Part shown: one piece after another, positions 16,379 through 21,523 of the stretch
Layout of the letters: every line of letters begins with the position of its first letter
Position numbering within the stretch: the first letter of the stretch is position 1
Assembly: GCA_013331805.1 (NCBI GenBank)
Contig: DUFS01000027.1
Span: forward strand, 1-21,523
Reading direction: 5' to 3'
Length of the DNA: 21,523 nt
Source: Candidatus Micrarchaeota archaeon
GTDB lineage: Archaea > Micrarchaeota > Micrarchaeia > Anstonellales > Anstonellaceae
The notes under the pieces: model-generated
Database searches by the model: none
Told to the model about the DNA's origin: nothing
What the model saw: the letters and a program-made list of their open reading frames with translations, nothing else
Translations under genes and position numbers: made by a program

Positions 16379-16462
16379 GGATTTCCCCGGAAAACAAACC
16401 TGCGCCATATTTAATCCTTAATACCGCATATGGGCAAGACTGGATTATCTGACATAATAGGG

Positions 16463-16470
16463 TTTATAAA
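16463..16470. promoter_or_regulatory. Palindromic TATA box TTTATAAA in a divergent intergenic region
   Basis: 30 nt upstream of the FKBP ATG and reads identically on both strands. Confidence 0.55.
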
Positions 16471-16500
16471 ATAGGGCATTTTCGAGAAGGGGTTTGTAAA

Positions 16501-17139
16501 ATGGTAAGCGTGAAAAAGGGGGACCTGGTGCGGATAGAGTACACCGGCAGGGTTGCGGCAAGCGGCCAGGTTTTTGACACAACGGACGAGTCCCTTGCAA
16601 TGCAAACAGGCATTTTCGAGAAGGGCAGCACTTACGGCCCCAAGCTCGCGGTATTCGGGCACAAGGCGATAATGTCGGGCATGGAGGAGGCGATAGCTTC
16701 CTGCCCGCTTGGCAAAAGCGAGGAATTCATGATCTCGCCTGTCAAGGCATTCGGCGAGAAGCTTCCCCAGCTTATCCGAATGGTTCCCGAAAAGGAGTTC
16801 GCAAAACAGAACCTGCAGCCCGTGCCTGGCATGATAATCACGCTTGACGGCATAGCTGCAAAGGTGAAGTCAGTCACTTCGGGCAGGGTGGTGGTTGACT
16901 TCAACCACCCTCTTGCAGGCGAGTCAGTGCTCTACTCGCTCAAGGTGCACGAGGTAATCTCCGACCCCAAGAAAAAGATAGAGGCAATACTTGCATCTCT
17001 TGGCATTGCCGCATCAATAGCCCAGGCAGGATCCAATTCGTTAGTTTCCTTCAAGAATACCGACCCGCAGGAAAAAATAGAAGCCGCCAAGCGCGCGATT
17101 TCTGTCGCAGTGCCTGGGACAGAATTCAAAGCCCCCTGA
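16501..17139 (+). CDS. slyD: FKBP-type peptidyl-prolyl isomerase (SlyD-like, archaeal long type)
   Basis: KGDLVRIEYTG, VFDTT, SPVKAFGE, an IF insert, and VDFNHPLAG, followed by a C-terminal extension with no His-rich tail. Confidence 0.9.
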   Translation: MVSVKKGDLVRIEYTGRVAASGQVFDTTDESLAMQTGIFEKGSTYGPKLAVFGHKAIMSGMEEAIASCPLGKSEEFMISPVKAFGEKLPQLIRMVPEKEFAKQNLQPVPGMIITLDGIAAKVKSVTSGRVVVDFNHPLAGESVLYSLKVHEVISDPKKKIEAILASLGIAASIAQAGSNSLVSFKNTDPQEKIEAAKRAISVAVPGTEFKAP

Positions 17140-17638
17140 CCCGCTCCTCGGCTTTCATCCGTTTCAGCACAAACAGGACTTTCCTGGGCACCCTGGCCTG
17201 CCATTCCCTTCCCTGCCTCATCCTTCCCCTTATTTTCGTTGCATCGTAAACCGCACGCTTGAAGAAAGGAATTGCCCCCACTTCTCTTCCAGCCTTCCTC
17301 ATCAGCCTTTTTACCAGAGCATTATTCGAATAAGCCATATCGTATTTTGGCACATTCGCATCCACGTGCTGCACCCACCTATTGTTGTCATTCACGTCCG
17401 TGACTTGCGCAATCAGGCATTTTTTCAGCAAGCCCGCATCCTTCAACTGCCCCCTGACCATCCGGATCCTTTCGCTTGATGTGAAAGGGTTTTCAGGCTC
17501 ATATCCCTTGTCCGCGCTCCCTATTGCCACGATCACCTTCGAGCTTCGGGCGGCAATCCACCTCAGCGCCGACAGATGCCCCCTGTGGAAGGGCTGGAAC
17601 CTGCCTATGAAAAGCGAAACAGGCTTACTTCTTTTCAT
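17126..17638 (-). CDS. nadM: Nicotinamide-nucleotide adenylyltransferase
   Basis: FIGRFQPFHRGH, IGSA, NPFTSSER, WVQHV, SNNALV, ATKIR and WQARVP. Confidence 0.93.
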   Translation of the reverse strand: MKRSKPVSLFIGRFQPFHRGHLSALRWIAARSSKVIVAIGSADKGYEPENPFTSSERIRMVRGQLKDAGLLKKCLIAQVTDVNDNNRWVQHVDANVPKYDMAYSNNALVKRLMRKAGREVGAIPFFKRAVYDATKIRGRMRQGREWQARVPRKVLFVLKRMKAEERVRGL

Positions 17639-19190
17639 TTCTGCACCCTATGTTGAATATGCCCATTTTCAAATCCCTGTCTTTTTCAAGCTTGGCAAAA
17701 ATCTCGCCCATTACGGCCCTTTTCAGCTTCAGATACGCCTCCTTGCCCATTTCCACGTTGCCAACAGCATGGCGCAGGTTCTTGGCATTGAAGCAGAACA
17801 TTGAGTCGTGCACGTTCTCGCAGTTGTGGCAGAAATAGCAATCGGTGCAGGAATTCGAGTCAGAAACCTCAAAGCAGCGGGTCAGATTCTCCGAATTGTA
17901 GCATTTGATGCAGAATTTGGAAGACAGCACGGTGTCAGTTCCAAATACGTGTTCCGATTCCCGCGGCCAGAATGAGCATGCAGCGTATTTCGAGTAGGCA
18001 CAGAGGGATGAGAAGTAGCAGTCTGCCGCCTCGGCAATCACCCCGCAATCCACCATCCTGGCATTCTGCCTTATTACTATTTCAGGTGTTATCAGCCTAA
18101 TTTTTTCAAGGATTTTGGCTGCATTAGCAACCGAAAGGGCGTGTACCTCCTCATCTGCCAATTTTAGCTTTCCGACCTCATCAGCTTCGCCCATAGTGAC
18201 GCACGATTCAAGTATTGGCTCATGAAAAAGCAAAGGCGCCACGCAGACCTGGCGTTCGCTTATGGCGGATTTCACTTTTATTAATTCAGGCACGTGCCTA
18301 TAAAGCCAGGCTCGGTAGTTTCCAATCCCTGAAAGCTCCCTCCCAAAAAGCAGCCTTGAGCAATCCTTGAAGCGCTTTTCGATGTCGTTGGGGGCAGGCG
18401 AAGGCTCGAACGTCCTCACATCTTTCTTCTTTTTTACATTCCCGCCGACTATTTCGATGACCGATGTCACGTTCCGCTTAGCTTCAAGCGTTGTCCTTAT
18501 GTCTTCAACAAGCTTCACCTTCAGTTTCGAATATTCTTCGCGCGATAGCTGGCAATTCCCTATCATGTGCCTCCCGCTTCTCTGGTTGAAGCTGAACATC
18601 ATGTCCTGGCATCCGTCTATGTTCCCGCAAAAGAAGCATCCTGATGAGTGCTCAGTATGCACTGACTCGAACATCCTGCTGCTGCGGTGGCACCGGAATC
18701 CCCTGACCATGAACTTGCACTCGCCCATCGAGGTGCAGCCAAAGACATGCTCGCCATAGCGGACCATGCTGGAAAACGCAACGTACTTGCTGTCATAAAT
18801 GTCGCTTGATGCCTTCACAGCGTTGGCATTGGTGCAGCGGTTCGACTCGGACACTTCGGCTGAATTGCCAAGCACAATGCTGCCTGCATAACAGGCATTT
18901 TCCCCAAGCGCCTCAAGGATGGAATCCAAATCCTTCAGTTGGTTTATGCCCAGCCTGAACTTGCTTGCAAGTTTTTTGGAATATTCTTCGTTCTCATCGT
19001 ACCTTATGAAAGCCGCCCCAGGGCAAAAGTCACCCTCCGAAAGAAAAGCTTCTTTCCCTGACAGCGCGGATGGGCGGCTGGAGATCGGGTCAGTGTATTT
19101 TTTCAGGTATGCCGAAAATTCCTGAATCTCCCCTATCTCCTCACCGAATATGACCCTGCATGTGCTTTTCCAAGCCTGGTTGATATCCAT
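17625..19190 (-). CDS. Hypothetical Cys/Ser/Asn-rich protein made of two homologous halves of about 250 aa
   Basis: Long ORF between purH and nadM with visible internal duplication and short-period Cys spacing. Start is ATG 19190 or GTG 19199. Confidence 0.8.
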   Translation of the reverse strand: MDINQAWKSTCRVIFGEEIGEIQEFSAYLKKYTDPISSRPSALSGKEAFLSEGDFCPGAAFIRYDENEEYSKKLASKFRLGINQLKDLDSILEALGENACYAGSIVLGNSAEVSESNRCTNANAVKASSDIYDSKYVAFSSMVRYGEHVFGCTSMGECKFMVRGFRCHRSSRMFESVHTEHSSGCFFCGNIDGCQDMMFSFNQRSGRHMIGNCQLSREEYSKLKVKLVEDIRTTLEAKRNVTSVIEIVGGNVKKKKDVRTFEPSPAPNDIEKRFKDCSRLLFGRELSGIGNYRAWLYRHVPELIKVKSAISERQVCVAPLLFHEPILESCVTMGEADEVGKLKLADEEVHALSVANAAKILEKIRLITPEIVIRQNARMVDCGVIAEAADCYFSSLCAYSKYAACSFWPRESEHVFGTDTVLSSKFCIKCYNSENLTRCFEVSDSNSCTDCYFCHNCENVHDSMFCFNAKNLRHAVGNVEMGKEAYLKLKRAVMGEIFAKLEKDRDLKMGIFNIGCRNEKK

Positions 19191-19204
19191 CAAAACCACG
19201 AAAA

Positions 19205-20767
19205 TCAGTGCTTGAAGTGCCTCTTTTCCGTGAATATCATGGAAATGCCAAGCTCGTCAGCAGCTGCGATCACTTCCTCGTCCTTGATCGAGCCTCCGGG
19301 CTGCACTATGCAGGACACCCCTGCTTCGGCAAGCATGTCCACCGAATCTCTGAAGGGCAGGAAGGCGTCTGAAGCCGCAACCGTGCCCTCCAGGCCGAAC
19401 CCGTTCCTCCTGGCCTTGTCGATCGCGATCTTGCACGAGTCTATCCTGCTCATCTGCCCTGCCCCGTTCCCAACAAGCTGCAGGTCCTTCACTATGGAAA
19501 TCGCATTTGACTTGGTGTGCTTGACGAACTTGGTGGCAGCGTAGGCGTCCTCGATCTCGGGCTGGGCCGGTTTTTTCCTGCTCACCACCTTGGCGCTTGA
19601 CTTGTCGTATATCCCGGGGTCCCTTCCCTGGTAGAGCATGCCGCCTGTGATGTACCTGAAGTTCACCACGCGCTCCTCGCTCATGTCCCATATGTTCGAA
19701 ATGTCAAGGATTCGCCTGCTCCCCCGCTGCCGGAGAATCTGGAGCGCCTCCAGGTCATAGCCAGGGGCCACCACCACTTCGATGTACCTGGTGCCTATCG
19801 CTTTCGCAGTGGCTGCATCCACCTTTTGCGAAAAAGCTATGATGCCCCCGAAGGCCGACTCCGGGTCCGAAGCATACGCCTTGACATAGCTCTCCTCAAG
19901 CGTCTTTCCCTCAGCGCCGCCGCACGGGTTGTTGTGCTTGAGTATTACGGTTGCCACCTGGTTCTTGAACTCCCTGATCAGCCCGAACGCCGAATCAGCG
20001 TCCAGGAAGTTGTTGTAGGACATTATCTTGCTGCCCGCGTAAATTTTCGCATCGAAAATGCTGGTCCTCCCAAGAATCCGGTAGGCTGCGGCCTGCTGGC
20101 TCGGGTTCTCACCATACCGCAAGGGATAGGCTTTTTCGAATTTCATCTCCAGGAAATCGGGGAACAGCTCGGACTGGTCAAGGGCGGACAGATAGCGGCA
20201 TATCGCTGTGTCATATCCGCTGGTCCTGGCAAATGCCTTGAGCGCAAGCTCCCGCCTCTTTTTCTCGTCAATCCCGCCGCTCTTTTTGATAGCCTCAATA
20301 ATCCAGCCATAGTCATGAGGGTCGACAATCACTGTGACGTGCTTGTGGTTCTTGGCAGCTGCGCGCACCATGGCAGGCCCGCCAATGTCAATGTTTTCCA
20401 CAGCCTCCTCGAAGGAGGTGCCCTGCCTGCCCACCACATGCTCGAATGGATAGAGGTTCACCACCACCAGGTCGATAGAGTCGATTCCAGCGACCTTTGC
20501 CTGCTTCACGTGCTCCTTGCTGTCCCGCTTGTAAAGTATTCCGCCATGTATCTTGGGGTGCATGGTTTTCACGCGGCCCTCGAAAAGCTCGGACACCCCG
20601 GTGATTGCGCTGACCTCCTTCACTTTCAGCCCATGCTTTTCCAGGAACGCAGCAGTGCCTCCGGTGGAGATGATTTCCACGCCCAGGTTGGCAAGTTCAT
20701 TAGCAAAGGGAGCAAGGCCCTCCTTGTCCCAGACCGAGATTAAGGCTCGCTTGATTGCACTAGCCAT
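19205..20767 (-). CDS. purH: Bifunctional AICAR transformylase / IMP cyclohydrolase
   Basis: RALISVWDK, STGGT, GRVKTMHP, VVNLYPF, ENIDIGGP, LRYGENPSQ, SYNN, KHNNPCG, SAFGG, KSNAI, GAGQMSR, ASDAF, QPGGS and RHFKH. Confidence 0.97.
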   Translation of the reverse strand: MASAIKRALISVWDKEGLAPFANELANLGVEIISTGGTAAFLEKHGLKVKEVSAITGVSELFEGRVKTMHPKIHGGILYKRDSKEHVKQAKVAGIDSIDLVVVNLYPFEHVVGRQGTSFEEAVENIDIGGPAMVRAAAKNHKHVTVIVDPHDYGWIIEAIKKSGGIDEKKRRELALKAFARTSGYDTAICRYLSALDQSELFPDFLEMKFEKAYPLRYGENPSQQAAAYRILGRTSIFDAKIYAGSKIMSYNNFLDADSAFGLIREFKNQVATVILKHNNPCGGAEGKTLEESYVKAYASDPESAFGGIIAFSQKVDAATAKAIGTRYIEVVVAPGYDLEALQILRQRGSRRILDISNIWDMSEERVVNFRYITGGMLYQGRDPGIYDKSSAKVVSRKKPAQPEIEDAYAATKFVKHTKSNAISIVKDLQLVGNGAGQMSRIDSCKIAIDKARRNGFGLEGTVAASDAFLPFRDSVDMLAEAGVSCIVQPGGSIKDEEVIAAADELGISMIFTEKRHFKH

Positions 20768-20829
20768 ATAAGACGACCGTCCGATTATGCCTGATAGTGT
20801 TTTTAAACCTCTTTGTGCCTTGTTTTTCC

Positions 20830-21111
20830 ATGAACGAGTTCGCCGAAAAGAAGGCAGACAGGAAGCTTGTGGAGGAGCTTCTGAAAAAGCACCCCTCGCT
20901 CAAGCACGCGCATTCGCTTTCCATGTCCGAAGGCCCCATGCTCATAGATGAGACCAAGGGCATAGAAGTCCGCGCAAGGCAGCAGTTCGAAAAGTCTGTG
21001 AAAATCGAGCTTTCCGAAATCAAAAGGCTGAGGAAGCTGGTCCGCAGGTACAAGAAGCGCAAAGGCAGGCTTAGGGAGATCAAGGGCGAAAGGAAGGAAA
21101 ACAGGGACTAG
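20830..21111 (+). CDS. Small basic hypothetical protein (93 aa)
   Basis: Fills the gap between purH and the last gene. TTTTAAA at 20801-20807 lies about 22 nt before ATG 20830. Lys/Arg-rich C-terminus. Confidence 0.6.
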   Translation: MNEFAEKKADRKLVEELLKKHPSLKHAHSLSMSEGPMLIDETKGIEVRARQQFEKSVKIELSEIKRLRKLVRRYKKRKGRLREIKGERKENRD

Positions 21112-21117
21112 GTTTGC

Positions 21118-21522
21118 TCACTTGTCATCCAGGAAGTTGCCCGCCTCGGTCACAAAATTCCCATCAATGAGCATATGGCACGCGAATTTCTGGGGGTGTG
21201 TGTTCCCGATTTTCGAGTCCTCAAGAAGCGCACCATTGTTTGCAAGCATCTTTTTCAGTTCCTTCACGATGAGTTCCTTGTTTGGTTGGGAGGACAGCCC
21301 CAAAGAAATTATGTAGTCGAATTTCATGCCGGCAAAAGGGTCCTGATTTTTGGCAAGATTGTCGTAGCCTATGAACGAAATTTTCGGGACCACATCATTG
21401 TTCTCGAAATGCTTCTTGACCACAGAATTGCCTTCATAAGAGCCGGTCATCAGCACGTGAGCTATTGGTTTGTTGATTATCGGCGCAACCTCCAGGACGC
21501 TTTTCAGGGCAAAGAATTTTTT
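21118..21522 (-). CDS. Partial ORF (5' end outside window), class I SAM-methyltransferase-like
   Basis: The frame stays open upstream of the track start to the window edge (KKFFALKSVLEVAPIINKPIAHVLMTG). PFAGMKFDYIISLG and KELKKMLANNGALL resemble MTase motifs; motif I is degenerate. Confidence 0.5.
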   Translation of the reverse strand, partial: KKFFALKSVLEVAPIINKPIAHVLMTGSYEGNSVVKKHFENNDVVPKISFIGYDNLAKNQDPFAGMKFDYIISLGLSSQPNKELIVKELKKMLANNGALLEDSKIGNTHPQKFACHMLIDGNFVTEAGNFLDDK

Positions 21523-21523
21523 T

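Noticed and set aside
19826..20743. 305-aa plus-strand ORF and other long antisense ORFs (8405..9103, 10384..11076, 11185..11910, 13309..13842, 15073..15768)
   Set aside because: They lie opposite or out of frame with well-supported genes, carry no motifs, and are expected shadows of GC-biased coding sequence.

Overview
This is a gene-dense archaeal window. TATA-box promoters close to start codons, two class III signal-peptide pilin-like genes, archaeal NadM and a long-type FKBP support this; a DPANN lineage such as Micrarchaeota is my inference. From left to right it holds: (1) a trehalose/osmotic cluster of TreT (absent from the ORF track because it runs off the left edge), OtsB-like phosphatase, MscS-type channel and a GT4 glycosyltransferase with OtsA-like motifs; (2) a small His-motif membrane gene split by one in-frame TGA; (3) a pilin-like gene convergent with a bacterial-type MltB-family lytic transglycosylase; (4) an unknown membrane protein; (5) an ATGA-coupled operon of a 4xCBS + HPF-like protein, pyrD, pyrK and pyrC; (6) a minus-strand block of membrane-anchored protein, TPR-AAA ATPase, PrsW-type protease and pilin-like gene; (7) an FKBP PPIase; (8) an operon of purH, an internally duplicated Cys-rich protein and nadM; (9) a small basic ORF and a partial methyltransferase-like ORF. 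I found no rRNA, tRNA, CRISPR array or mobile element. All assignments come from motifs read by eye, and no searches were run.
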